Positions 11,548 through 26,457 of a DNA stretch of 64,000 bases are shown one piece after another. Position numbers and translations under genes: made by a program. How positions within the stretch are numbered: position 1 is the first letter of the stretch; the number at the start of each line of letters is the position of its first letter. This DNA comes from the human T2T-CHM13v2.0 reference genome, Homo sapiens. Under the pieces are notes generated by a model, which saw nothing but the letters and a program-made list of their open reading frames with translations, did no database searches and had not been told where the DNA came from. The DNA is taken from contig CP086569.2 of the NCBI GenBank assembly GCA_009914755.4, positions 7,648,001 through 7,712,000 on the forward strand, given 5' to 3'.

Positions 11548-13537
11548 GAACACCCATTATCATGCTTGTGGACTCAGTTCAGAAATGAGTTACCATCCCA
11601 CCTGTGTCCAGATCCACATAAGGAGGTCCAAATTCCAACTTTGTGATGTATTTCCTCATTAGACTCAGAACTTCTACAGTGGGCTTTGTAAATGTGGGAT
11701 GGTGACAACTTTAATTTCATCTGGGTTTGTAAACAAGAGTCCCAATCTGAACTTTTTGCTGGGCCCTGTTATAAAACGCTCTACCACCAGAGTTTATACA
11801 ATGTAAGTTAGTGTTATAAACTTCTGTGAGCTTGGTAAAAATATGCAACCCAGGACTTTACCTATTGCCCTAAGCCTAACACTGAGAGGAAAAATATTTT
11901 TTATTGTCTGAATCCCAATGTAAGTTTCATTATCATGGCTGTGAACTGAAGAAAGGTATATGTCATCATCCCATATATGAGCAAAAAATTAGTCAGAAGG
12001 GTAATATCACTTAGATGCTATGTCAGGGAATATGTAACAATGCCTTTTCTAGGCATGGTACAAGAAATTGGGTCAAATTAACTGAGTCCTAGACCTGTCA
12101 ATATGACACCACCCCACATGTGGAAAAAAAACAGCCAAGTTATGAGAGCCAAAACACCTACATAATGGGCTTAAGATATGTCAAAATACTTTCATTCGCT
12201 TGAGCTCAGGAAGAAGAGTCACATCATAGAAGTGCTAGGCCCAGCAATACACGGTATGTCATAATTTTCTCTTTATGCAGAAGCAAGGTTGTAGAGTGAC
12301 ATCATCTGTGTTATGGGCCCTGCAATAGGTCAAAATTCATTTCATTGTGGCATAATTCAGGAAAAAAGGGAGAGTCACATATTGTGGGTGCTGGGCTGAG
12401 TAATGTGCCAAAATCCCCCTATTGTGAAGTCCCAGGCAGAAAATGAGTCACAGCACTTAAGTCATAGGCTCAGAGATGTGTCATAATGTTCCCAGTATGC
12501 AGGGCTCAGGCAAGCAATGAGAGCCATATCACTTACGTACTTCCCTTGGAAGATGTCACAAGCCAACATGTGGTCAGAAATCAGACAGAATAGTCACATC
12601 ACTTGGCTACTGTATCCTGAGATATGGCACAAGAATCTCTTAAAACAGCACCCAGCAAAGAGTTATTTCACCTAAGTGCAATTTCTCTGCTTATGCCACA
12701 ATGTTCCATGTGGGTAGGGCCCAAAAAATGGGTCATTTCACCTAGAAGATTGTCCAGAGATATATCACAAGACCCTCTATGTGGCATAGCCCTGAAAAAA
12801 GAGTACTACTACCTGTCTGCCTGGCCAAGAAATATTTCAATCTCAAGTTTGGCAGGGCCCAAGCAGGAGAGCTACATACCCTAGGTGATAGGTCCAGAGA
12901 TATGTCAAAATGCAGTCCTTTGGGCATGGCTCTGGCAAAAGAGTATCCTTGCCTGTGGGTCTGGCTTGGCAATATGTCACTATACTTCCTTTGTGCACGG
13001 CCCATTCTGGAGAAAAGAGTTACATCACCTATGAGGTGGACACAGAAATATGTCACAATGATTTGGGTGGGCATGGCACAAGCAAGAATGTAACATTAAC
13101 TGGGTGCTAGATCCAGTGGTATATTGCAATCCTTACTTGGAGAAAGGCCCAGATAGGAGAGTCGTATCACCTAGAGTTTGGCCTAGGTAGATATCATAGT
13201 CCCATAGAACCATTCTGCATAATCAAATTATAAAGGAGTTTCGCAAAAATTTATATCATGATCACATTTTCAGAAAATTCCAAAGGTGAGATTTACAATA
13301 CCACACATCTTGCTTTTATGTGTGACAGCTGGCTTAATCCATGTGAGATAATGACAGCCCTTACTCACAGCTTTGTGTGTTTACAGGACTCACAAATTCA
13401 CCTGTGTGTTGAGTCTGTATAATCTAAAGACTTTGTAAAATATGTGTGAGTGTTGTAATCTTTTGTGCCTCTGCAGAAGATTGTGATCCAAGACATCATG
13501 CCTGTCCCTAAAGTTAGTTATGAGTCAAAATATTCTC

Positions 13538-14066
<529 letters not shown>

Positions 14067-14614
14067 TTCTCTATTGGCTGAGTCTACATATGAGATTCAT
14101 TATCATTCTTGTGAGCCATGCCTAGGTATATGTTACAATACCCTCTGTGGTTATGAAGCAGGCAGAACAGCTACATCACCTAAATTCTGGGCTAGAAATA
14201 CTTCAATATTCTCTTGGTAGACACGGTGCTATCAGAAATTTTACCTATCTTGTGTGCTAGGTTCAGCTCTGTGCCACAATGTCCTTTGTGGGCAGTGTGG
14301 TAGGACGGGAGAGTTATGTAACCTAAATGATTGGCCCAAACATATGTCACAATGCCACCTGTTTGCAGGGCCCAAACAAGAAATTCATATCATTTGGATG
14401 CAATGTTTAGAAAAGCTAAAATTACCAAAGGAAGCAGGGTTCAGGCAGGAGAGGAGAGGCATGTAACCTAGAAGATGTGTCCATAAATATGTTACAATCT
14501 CCCCCTGAGGACATTGTTAAGATAGCAAAGAGCAATCACTAATATATGTGGCACAGCTATTTGTCAAAAACTCATTTATGAGCTCTACCTAGGCAGCAAT
14601 ATTAAATCACTCAG

Positions 14615-15202
14615 TGTTGCAGAAACCAGCCCCACACCACCCAGCAGGTTCCCTGAGTCCAGCGGAGACAAAGGAGTTAGAAAGAAACAGAATAAGCATT
14701 TAAAAGGTTCATCCAGGGGACCAGAGCATCGGAGGATTGCTCACAGCCCTGAGCACTTTGGCTCTGCCTAATGAATTGGTTTACAAGCTATTTATTCTTA
14801 GGTCAGATGGGAGGGGTAGGAAGGGATAAGAAAAGGAATAATCAATGAAGGAGAACTCATGAGTCATTCAATAAGATGTATAGCATTGGAGATTTCTGTG
14901 AATTTCTTTGAACAAAGGCATGTGTCTAAACTACTTAAGATGTTTAACCTATCTGGACTGAAATGGGTGGGAATGGGTTTCAGGAGGAGCCACGATGTAA
15001 GATTATACTCCATTACTTCGAGGGAATGCTATCTCCCTGATCAACCTGTGGAAAGCCACGGAGCTGTTATGCTCTTGGGGCATAAAGACATGAAGGCAAT
15101 AAGAAGACATTTCTCCTCAGAGGTCACCCATGGCTTCCCATGGGTGTGTCACACAGAGGAGACCAACCCATCTGGCACCCCAGAAACTCTCTTTCCCACA
15201 AT
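14615..15202. mobile_element. Unidentified ~590-bp insertion in one satellite copy, possibly a solo LTR
   Basis: Other higher-order-repeat copies read aatcactcagg(a)actgggcaaaggtatatgtcacaat (18640, 26690, 31610). This copy reads aatcactcag[tgttgcag…cccacaat]tcaggagctgggcaaaagtacatgtcacaat, consistent with a 4-bp TCAG direct repeat. The insert begins with TG. The family was not recognised. Confidence 0.4.
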
Positions 15203-18200
15203 TCAGGAGCTGGGCAAAAGTACATGTCACAATTACACTTGTGGAAAGGTTTAAGAATAAGCATCAGCATCCTGCACCTGTCTTGAAGCCAGGCATATGA
15301 GTTGTTATTAGGCTTTTGTTATTATCTCTGTTTTATTGCACAGTATCATCTGTGGTGATAAAGAAGTCAAGAAAGTCACCTCACCTATGTCGAGATGGCG
15401 CCAGTGAGATGTCACATTCCACCTTCTGGGCAGGACCCTGGCAGAAAAGTCACATCACCTGTATGCTGATTGCAGTGGCATATCTAAAATTCCTCTCTCG
15501 GCAGCACTCTAGAAAGAGAGGAGACTCATTTAACCTAATCAATTAGCCTACATATATCTCACAATGTCTGTGATGTGCAGTACCAATGCTGGAGAGTGTC
15601 TTCACATTGTTTCCAGCCCCAGCAACATGTCACAATCTTCCTGTGGTCAGGTCCCAATCAAAAGTGAAGAAACATCACATAGGTGCTGAGCCAAGTGAGA
15701 TGTTACATCACTTTCTGTTGACAGAACCCAAAAAGGAGAATCACATCACCTATGTGCAGTACCCAGTTATTGTCACAGTGCACTGTGAGTGAAGGACTAA
15801 TGCAGTAGAAGGGATTCACATCACTTATGTGGTAGACCTAGATATGAAACACAATTCTCTTTGGAGGAGGTTTCAAGCAGATAATTCTCATCACCTGGGT
15901 GATGGTCCAAATGATGTATAAAATTGCCATTTGTAGGCAGAGCCATGAAAGTTGTAATATATTGCTAGGTTGCTTGTTCCACATAGGGCATAATTTCTTC
16001 TGTGGTCCAGTCCTAGAAAAAAGAGTCAAATTATTCATATGCAGGACAAAGTTACCTGTCACAATCACTATCTCAGAAAGTTTTAGAAATAACTTTCACA
16101 TCGCACATAAGTCTTGGTTTTGTGTATGTGAGTCAACACTTTCTATGAGTTGGTCAAAGTATATGAGACACAATCACAACAATGGGCAAGATTCATGAAT
16201 AGGAGGCCCAATCTCATTTGAAGATTGTGTTCCAGTAGGGTAGTAACAGCCTTACCAGTGTGTTGAATCATTCATCATCAAAAGACCCATGAAATTCTCT
16301 ACTACCAAAGAGTTTATACAATATAAGTTAGTGTTGTAAGCTTCTGTGAGCTTGGTAAAAATATAAAACCTAGACCTAATCTAATCCCCTAAGATTAACA
16401 CTGAGAAGCAAAAGATATGCTATTGGCTGAATCCTAATATAAGTTTGATCATCATGCCTGTGAACTGAAGAAAGCTATATGTCATAATACCACATGTGGA
16501 CAAAAAACTAGGGAGGAGGGTGATATCGTTGAGTTACTGTGCCATACATAACATCATAATATCTTCTCTAGGTATGGTATAAGAAATTGGGTCACATTAA
16601 CTGGGTGTTGACCAAGCAATATGACATCATTCCACATGTGGAAAAAAACCCAACCAAGTTGTGATAGCCAAAACACCTACATAATTAGGCTAAGATGTCA
16701 AAATACCTTCACTGGCTCAAACACAAGCAGGAGAGTCACATCATAAGGGAGCTGGGCCTAGCCATATGCAATATGTCATCATTTCCTTTCTATGCAGAAC
16801 CAAAGCAGAAGAGTGATATCATCTGGGTTATGGGCCCTGTAAAAGGACAAAATTCCTTTTTTGTGGATACAGTTCAGGAAAAAGGGGAGAGTCACATATC
16901 ATGAGTGCTAGGCTCAGCAATGTGCCAAAATACTCCAACTGTGAAGGCCCAGGCAGAAAATGAGAGTCACATCATTTAGATCATGGTCTCAGAGATATGC
17001 CCCAATGTCCCCAGTATGCAGGCCTCAGGCAGAATAGGAGACCCGTATCACCTAGTTGCTTCCCATGGATTGTATCACAAGGTATCAGGTGGGCAGACAT
17101 CAGACGACAGAGCTACGTTACTTGGGTGTTGGGTTCAGAGATATGTCACAGGATCTCTTAGGACACCACCCAAGTTAGAGATTTACATCATGAACATGCA
17201 TGTTCTCTGCTTATGCTGCAATATTCCATGAGTTGGGCCCCAAGGAGGGAGTCACTTCACCTAAGTGACAGATAGGCCCAGAGATATGTCAGTCACAAAG
17301 TCATCTATGAAGCATAGCCCTGGCAAAAGGGTACCATCAACTGTGTGCCTGGATTAGAAACATGTCACTCTTCAGGTTGGGAGGGCCCAAGCAGGAAAGC
17401 CACATCACCTAGGTAATAGGCCGAGAGATGTACTAAACTGCCCTCCTTAAAGCATGGCTCTAAGGATGGTACTCTGGCAAAAGAGTACCATTTCCTGTGT
17501 GCCTGGGCTTTCATTATGTAACTATCCTTTCTTTGTATAGGGCCTATTTCAGAGAGGATTTACATCACCCATGTGGTGGACACAAAAAACTGTTACAATG
17601 GTTTTGGTAGGCATGGAGCTGGCAAGATTGTAACATCGTGTGGATGCTAGATCCAGTGATATATCACAACACTTACTTAGAGAAGGGCCCAGGGAGTAGA
17701 GTCACCTCACCTTGAGGTTGGGCTAGGTAGAAATCAAAATCCCACATATGCCTGGAACAAGTGTGGAGAGTCAAATTACTCATGTGCTTGGCAAAAATTA
17801 ATATCACAATCATACTGTCAGAAAATTCCAAAGATGAGATTTATAATATCACAAATGTCCTGTTTTCATGCGTGACATTTGACTTCATCTATGTGTGATG
17901 AGGACAGTCCTTACTGTCACCTGGGTGTGCATACAAGACTCACAATTTCACCTGTGTCCTGAGCCCTGCTTTTACTCTGTCTGTAATAACTCAAAGACTT
18001 TGTAAAATATGTGTGAGTGTTGTAATATTTTGTAACCTTTGTACAAAAAAGGTAATTTAGGACATCAAGCATGTCCCTAAACCTAGTTGTGAGTCAAAAT
18101 GGCATCTATTGGCTAAGTCTACATATGAGAGCCATTATCATGCCTGTGAGCCATTCCTAGGTATATATTACAATCCCCCCTGTAGTTTTGAAGCAGGCAG

Positions 18201-20270
18201 AACAGTCTCATCACCTAAATGCTGGCCCAGAAATATTCCAATTATCTTTATGTAGGCAGGGTTCTGTCAGAAATGTCACTTAAATTCTGTACTAGGTCCA
18301 GCTCTGTGGCACAACATCCCATGTTGGCAGTGTCCAGGCAGGAGAGGACTGTCATATCACCTAAATCATGGGCCCCAAAACATGTTGTGATGCCTCTTGT
18401 TGACAGGTCCCAGGGAAGAATGTCTTATCATTTGGATGCCAAGTTTAGAAATGCTCCAATTACCAAAAGAATTAGGGTCCAAGCAGGAGAGGAGAGTCAT
18501 GTAACCTAGACAATAGCTCCAGAAATATGTTACAAGTCTCATGAGGACATTGCTAAGATAGTACGTTAAATCACCAAGGTGCTTGCCCCAGGTATTTGTC
18601 AAAATCTTATTTGTGAGCTATACCTAAGCAGTATTACAAAATCACTCAGGAACTGGACAAAGGTATATGTCACAATTCCAATGGAAAAGTTTAATAATAA
18701 AAGTCACCACCCTGAAAATGTCCTGGATTTTGGCATATTAGTTGTTAATAGGCTTTTTTTAATGGTCTCAGGTATATGACACAATATCACCTGTGGCAGA
18801 CAGAAAGTAAGAAACTCACATCACCTACATGGTTGTGGGTCCAGTTAGATGTCACAATCCACCTTGTGGGCAGAACACTGGCAGAAGAGTCACACTACCT
18901 GGATACTGGTTTTAGCAACATAGCTAAACCCCTTCTGTGTGCAGGACTTTGGCAAGAAAGGAGACTCACTTTACCTAGGCAATTGACATAGATATATTTC
19001 ACAATGTCTGTAAAGTTCAGTACCAAGCCTGGAGAGTGACTTCACCTTTGTGCTGGCTCAAGCAATATCTAACAATATCTCTGTGGTCAGAACCCAGGCA
19101 AAAGCAAAAAAACATCACCTATGTGCTGAGCCAAGTGACATGTTACAATGCTTCCTGTTGGCAGTACCCAAAAAACAGAATCACATAATCTGGGTACAGT
19201 TTCCAGCTACATGTCACAATGCACTGTAAGTACAGGACCAAGGCAGTAGAAGGGAGTCACATCACTTAGGTGATGGACCTAGATATAAGACACACTTTTC
19301 TTTGTATGCAGGTTTCAGGCAGATAATTCACATCACCTGGGTGATGGTCACAGTGATTTATAAAAGTGAACTCTGTAGGCAGAGCCAAGGCATATGTTAC
19401 CTATTGCTTAGGTGTTTTTCCTCATATGGCACAATTTTATCTGTGGTCTGGTCCTAGAAAAGTGAGTCAAATTATTCATGTGCTGGGCAATTACACTCTC
19501 AGAATCATTCCGAAATAAGTTTCACATCCCACATAAGTGCTGGATTCATGTATGTGATTCAATACTTTCTGTAAGTTGTGTCAAAGTAGAGGGGTCACAA
19601 TCTCAACAATGGGCAAGATTCATGTATAAGAGCCCCAATTTCAATTGAAGATTGTGTTTCAGGAAAGGAGTCACAGCCCCACAGGTGTGATGAATCAAGG
19701 TTCACATGTTACCAAATCACTTGTGAATCAGAGCCATGTATGAGAGTAGTTACTTAACCTTTGGCTGCTTTTTAAGTGTGAGATTCAGTACCTCATATAT
19801 AAGCGCTGTTCATGTGTGAGAAAGACAATCATGTCAGCTCTGTGCACATATGATGGTCACAATCTCACCTCGGTGATGGCCTCTGTTATGAAACCCTTTG
19901 TCCCATTGAGGTTTATATGATATACTTTAGAGTTATAATTTTTCTAGAAACTTATAATTGTAAAAATCCCAGGACTTTATCCATGACTGTGAGACTGGCT
20001 ATGAGAGTCAAAACATCTCTACTGACTAGGTCCAGGAATAAGACTTTTTATTGTGCATGTTTGTTTAACCCAGGTATATGTCACAATCTTGGCTGTGAGC
20101 AGAGACAAGACAGGGGAGTCTCATCACCTGGGTGCTGAGCCAGTGACACAATATAATCTCATTTGTAGGATGGGCCTAGTTAGCAGATTCACATCACTTG
20201 GGTAAATCGTCAAAGAGTAAGTCATCAAGCCCACTATAGACAGGGTAGAAGATGAAGAGGAGAGTCCACT

Positions 20271-20570
20271 GGGTGCAGTAGCTCATGTGTGTAATTGCAG
20301 CACTTTGAGAATCCAAGGCAGGCAGATCACGAGGTCAAGATTTTGTGACTAGTCTGGCCAACATAGTAAAACCCATTCTTTACAAGAAAGACAATAATTA
20401 ACTAGGCCTGGTGGCAAGCACCTGTAATACCAACTACTCAGGAGGCTGATAAATGAGGATCACATGAATCCTAAAGATGGAGGTTGCAGTATTTCGAGAT
20501 TGTACCTCTGCACTCCAGACTGAGGTACAGTGTGAGACTCTGTCTCAAAACAAAGACAAAAACAAAAGAA
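20271..20570 (+). mobile_element. Alu (older, diverged) inserted in the satellite
   Basis: gggtgcagtagctcatgtgtgtaattgcagcactttgagaatccaaggcagg…ctgcactccagactgaggtacagtgtgagactctgtctc. Confidence 0.85.
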
Positions 20571-23500
20571 GAAGACGAAGAGTATCACTTAACCTAGGTG
20601 CTGGGCTCTGCAATATGTAATAACCACCTCTCTTGGCAGGGTCTAGAATATGAAGGAGAGTCACATTATTTAGGTTTTAAAGTCAGCAGTATGTCACAAT
20701 TTCTTTGGTGTGCAGGACGCCGCAGGAGAGGAGAGACATATTACCTAGATGTTACACCAAATGATATTTCACAATGTCTTCTGGGGGCTTGACACAGGCA
20801 GAAGAAACAAATCACCTAGCTTATAGGCTAAGAGATATATGATAATATCCCCTGTTGCCAGGTCCAGGCAAAATAGTCACTTTTTATGATTCTAACCCAG
20901 CAATATGTCACAACACACCCATAAAAAGAAATTTAATACAAAAAGTCTCAACACCCGGGTACTAGGCCTAGTAAGAGGCCAAATCTCCTTGTCTTTTAGA
21001 GTGACCCTAATAACTGTGAGTTGGGTATGTATATGAGATTCACAATCTCCCGTGTTTCCTGGACCATTGTATAATACTGTACAACATTTGAAGTCATGTG
21101 TGAGAGTTGCAAACCACTCTGAGGCTTACATGTTCCTATGGATTCACAACCTTACATATTTTCCTAAAGCCAGGTATAATAGTCAAAATTTCTTCTGTAG
21201 GCTGGGGTCAGGAATGAGACCCATTTTTATATTTGTGAGCTGGATCCAGAAGTGAGTCACCATCCCAACTGTGACCAGATCCACATATGAAAGTAACAAT
21301 TCCAATGGTGTACTGCATTCACTTGTTAGACTCAGGACCCTAACAGTGGGCTTTGGACATATAGGGTGGTGGCAGCATTTACTTTCACCTGGGTGTGTAA
21401 TCCAGAGTCCAACTCTGAAATTTTGCTGATCCTTGTCATAAAACTCTGTGTTGTACTTAAGGAGATTTTACATTATGATTTAGTGTTGTAAAGCTCTGTG
21501 AGCTTGGTACAAACATGCAACCCAGGACGTTACCTATTGCCCTAGTCCTAGCAATGAAAGACAGCATATCTCCTATTGGCTAAATCCAAATATAAATTTG
21601 ACAATCATGCATGTAAACTGTAGTAAGTTATATATCATAGTCCCATTTGTGGACAGAAAAACTAACCCAGAGGGTAATATCACTTAGGTCCTCTGACAAG
21701 CAACATGGCACAATGACCTCTCTAGGCAGGGTGTAAGAATTAGAGTCACACTTACTGCATTCTGGACTCAGCAATATGGCACAATCCCACATGTGGGGAA
21801 TAAAAAAGAAAAAAGAACCAGCCAAATGGTAAGAGCCAAAACAATGGGCCCAGGGTATGTCAAAATACCTTCTGGTATTCCGCACAGTCATGAGAGTCAT
21901 GTTATCAGGGTTCTGGGCCCAGCAATATCCCATAATATTCTGGATATAGAGGACCCAGGTAAACGAGTAACAGTATCTGGGTGTCGTACTCTGCAATGTC
22001 TGTTCTTGGCATGGTTCAAGAGAAAAAGGAGAGTCAAATAACCTGAGTCCTGAGCTCAGCAGTACATCAGCATCCCCCCATTGTAAAGACCAAGCAGAAG
22101 AAGAGAATCACTTCATTTAGGTCATGGGCTCAGAGATATATCCTAGTGTCCCCAGTAAGCAGGACCCAGGAAGAAAAGGACAGTCACATCACCTAGCTGC
22201 TTCCCTACTTATATGTCACAATCTAAGAAGTGGGCAGAAAGCAGGCAGAAGAGCCACACCATCTGCATACTGCCTCAAGTAATATCTCACCATGCCCAAT
22301 GAAGAGAGGTTTAAAGAAATAAAAAGAGAATCACACTACCTGGGGGCTGGGATCAGCAATGTGTAATAATTACCTCTCTTTGTTGGGTCCAGGACAAAAA
22401 AAAAGTCATGTCACTTAGGTTTTGCACTCAGTGGTATATCAAAATTTTTTCAGTGGGCAGGATCCAGGCAGGAGGGATGAGTCACATTACCTAGATGCTA
22501 TATCTATCAATATGTCACAGTGTCTCCTTTGGGCAGGGCATGGGCAGGAGAGACAAATCATCTAGCCAACAGGCCTGGAGATATGTGAAAATATTCTCTG
22601 TTTGCAGAGCTCCTACAGAAGAGTCACTATATCAATATTCAAACCCAGTGATATGTAACAATCCCCTTATGAAAAAGGAATTTCAACCAAACAGTCTCAA
22701 CACTGGTTTACTTTGCCAAAGTTATGACACAATCACCTCATTATTAAGGATGACACCATTAACTGTTATCTAGTTGTGCATATGATAGTCAAAATCTAAC
22801 ATGTGTGCTGTTTATTGTATGGCACTCTTTACAACTCCTGAGATGTTTATAAAACATGTATGAGGGTTCCAAAACTCTCTGAGACCTACATGCTTATATG
22901 GATTCATGATCTTACGTATTGCCCTAAACTCAGGGATAACAGTCAACATCTCTCCTATATGCTGGCTTCAGGGATGAGACTACTATTATGCCTGTGACCT
23001 AGGCCCAGAAATTAGTCATCATTTCACCTGTGACCATATTCATTTATGAATGTCACAATTCTAACTTGGTGCTGTATTGACTTGTTAGGCCCAGGACCTC
23101 AACAATGGGTTTTGTAAATGTAGGATAGTAAAAACTTTTATTTTCAACTGAGTGTGTAGGTGAAAGTCACCATTTTAACTTTTTGTTGGGTCCCATTGTG
23201 AACCTTCCTGTACCACTCAAGAAGTTTTTATGATATGAGTTAGTTTTGTAAGCTTCTGTGAGATTTGTACAAATATGCAATGGAAGATCTTTCCTATTGA
23301 CCAAAACCTAGTGGAGAGAGGCAAAATATCTCCTGCTGGTTGAATCCCAATATAAGCTTGATCACCATGTCTTTGAACTGAATCAAGGTATATATCATAA
23401 TCCCACTTGAGGGCAAAAAACTAGGCAGAAGGTTAATATCACTTAGGTGCTGTGCCAAGCAATATGTCGTAATGCCCTATTTAGGCAGGGCCTAGGAAAT

Positions 23501-25192
23501 AGGGTCACATTAGTTGATGGCAGGAGCAAGCAAAATGATACAACCACACATGAAAGAAAGCCAACAAAGTGGTCAGAGACAAAAAAAACCTACAGAATAA
23601 ACCAAAGATATGTTAAACTACCTTCTGTGGCTCTGGCATAGGCAGAAGAGTCATATCATTAGGGAGTTGGGTGGAGCAATATGCTATAATTTTCTCTTTA
23701 TGCACGACCTATGAAGAATAGTAACATCATGTGTGGGCTGGGCCTGAAATATGGCAAAAGTCCTTTTCATGGGTGCTATTCAGCAACAAGTTGAGAGTCA
23801 CATTACCTAAGTGCTTGGCTTATCCATATGTCACAGTCTTCCTATTGTAAAGGCCCAGAGATAAACAGAGACTCACATCACTTAAGTCATGGGCTCAGAG
23901 ATATGGCCCAATGTCACCAGTAGCCAAGGCTCAGGCAGAAAGAGGGAGTCATATTACATAGGTGCTTCTTTATTTAGATATCACAAATTAATATAAGGGT
24001 AGAAACCACGTTGAAGAGCCACATGATCTGGTCCTGCATCCCGAGATGTTCACAAGTCCCCCTTAGAACAGGACCCAGGAAAAAGACACATCACCTAGGT
24101 GTAAATTCCACCCTTATATCATGAAGTTCCTTGTGGACAGGGCCAAGCAGGAAGTCACATCACCTAGGTGATAGGCTCAGATATATGTCATAAAGCCTTC
24201 TTTAAAGCATCACCCTGGCAAAAGAGTACAATCACCTTTTTGCCTGGCCTGGCAATGTGTCACTATTCAAGTGGGCAGGTCCCAAGTAGAAAAGCCATAG
24301 CACCTATATGATAGGCCTGTGATATGTCAAAATGTCCTCTTTTGTGCATGGCCCTGGCATCCTCTTTTAAGTGATGGACACAGTGATAAGTCACAATGAT
24401 ATCTGTGGGCATAGTGAAGGCAAGAATGTAATGTCATCTTGGTGCTGGATCCAGTGATGTCACAATTTTTACTGATAGCAGAGACCAGGAAGAAGAGTCA
24501 TATCACTTCAAAATTGGCCCAGGTAGATATCAAAATTCCATATATAGGTTGGAACCAATCTGAAGAATGAAATTACACAGGTGCTTGGGGAAGATTTATA
24601 TCACATTCACAGTGTAATTAAATTCAAGGGATTAGATTTACAATACTACACATGTCCCGTTTTTAGGTAGGATAGTTGCTCTCATTCATCTTTGATGTTG
24701 AAAGTCCTTACTGTTATTTGAGTATGCATATGAGTGTGCATCATAATTTTCTCTGTGTGCTAGACATTATTATGACAGCTTCTATATAGCCCAAGGGTGT
24801 TATAAAATATCTGTGTTTGTTATAATTTTCTGTGACCATTTTATCAGAAGAAGATCCTTGACAATACTCATGTTGTGACAAAAGTCAAAATTTATCTTAT
24901 TGGCTGGGTCCCCATATTACAGTCATTATCATGTTTGTTAGCTGTGCATAGGTAAATGTCACCATTACCTCTGTGGTTGTTAAGCAGGGAGGACAATCAC
25001 ATCACCTAAATTTTAAGCCAGAATTTTTCCAAAATTCTCTTTGATGGCAAGAGTCTAACAGAAAATTCACAAGACATGGGTGCTAGGCAAAGCTCTATGT
25101 CATAATGTCCCTTGTGGTGAATGTCCAGGAAGGAGAGTAGAGTCATATTACCTAAATCATGGCCCCAGAGATATGTCACAATGCCTCCTGTT

Positions 25193-26457
25193 AATAAATG
25201 GTGCAGGCAAAACTGGCTAGCCATATGCAGAAAGCTGAAACTGGATCCCTTCCTTTCACCTTATACAAAAATTAATTCAAGATGGACTAAAGACTTACAT
25301 GTTAGATGTAAAACCATTAAAACCCTAGAAGAAAACCTAGGCAATACCATTCAGGACATAGGCATGGGCAAGGACTTCATGTCTAAAACACCAAAAGCTA
25401 TGACAACAGAAGCCAAAATTGACAAAAGAGATCTAATTAAACTAAAGGGCTTCTGCACAGCAAAAGAAACTACCATCAGAGTGAACAGGCAACCTACAAA
25501 ATGGGAGAAAATTTTTGCAACCTACTCATCTGACAAAGGCCTAACATCCAGAATCTACAATGAACTCAATCAAATTTACAAGAAAAAAACAAACAACACC
25601 ATCAAAAAGTGGGCGAACGACATGAGCAGACACTTCTCAAAAGAGGACATTTATGCAGCCAAAAAACACATGAAAAAATGCTCATCATCACTGGCCATCA
25701 GAGAAATGCAAATCAAAACCACAATGAGATACCACCTCACACCAGTTAGAATGGCGATCATTAAAAAGTCAGGAAACAACAGGTGCTGGATGGGATGTGG
25801 AGAAATAGGAACACTGTTACACTGTTGGTGGGACTGTAAACTAGTTCAATCATTGTGGAAGTCAGTGCGGTGATTCCTCAGGGATCTAGAACTAGAAATA
25901 CCATTTGACCCAGCCATCCTATTACTAGATATATACCCAAGGGATTATAAATCATGATGCTATAAAGACACATGTACACATATGTTTATTGCAGCACTAT
26001 TCACAATAGCAAAGACTTGGAACCAACCGAAATGTCCAACAAACACAGATTGGATTAAGAAAATGTGGCACATATACATTGTGGAATACTATGCAGCCAT
26101 AAAAAATGATGAGCTCATATCCTTTGTAGGGACATGGATGAAGCTGGAAACCATCATTCTCAGCAAACTATTGCAAGGACAAAAAACCAAACATCGCATG
26201 TTCTCACTCATAGATGGGAATTGAACAAATGAGAACACATGGACACAGGAAGGGGAACATCACACACTGGGGACCATTGTGGGGTGGGGGGAGGGTGGAG
26301 AGATAGCATTAGGAGATATGCCTAATGTTAAATGGCGAGTTAATGGGGGCAGCACACCAACATGGCACATGTATAAATATATAACAAACCTGCACGTTGT
26401 GCACATGTACCCTTAAACTTAAAATATAATAATAATTTTTTTTAAAAAAAGAAAAAG
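25193..26457 (+). mobile_element. LINE-1 3' fragment (ORF2 C-terminus plus 3' UTR and poly-A), L1P-like
   Basis: ORFs at 25121-25873 and 25982-26224 give …[31 protein letters not shown]…[16 protein letters not shown]… and …[19 protein letters not shown]…[18 protein letters not shown]…, which is the L1 ORF2 C-terminus. A canonical 3' UTR (…ggggaccattgtggggtgggggg…cctaatgttaaatggcgagttaatggg…) and an A-rich tail end at 26457. The flanking satellite resumes in phase. Confidence 0.95.

Noticed and set aside
12624-13110. Cluster of overlapping 86-110-aa ORFs on both strands
   Set aside because: Located in pure satellite monomers. The overlapping ORFs on both strands are typical of low-complexity, stop-poor repeat sequence. 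No coding signal is present.
14859-15254. 131-aa ORF (longest non-TE ORF in the track) inside the satellite region
   Set aside because: It lies within a ~590-bp insertion of probable repeat origin. It has no recognisable motif, and its length is about what chance predicts in 64 kb of six-frame sequence. No promoter or splice context was evaluated. Treated as spurious.
25121-25873. 250-aa ORF
   Set aside because: It is the C-terminal part of L1 ORF2 (…[16 protein letters not shown]), part of the truncated L1 at 25193-26457. It is not a host gene.
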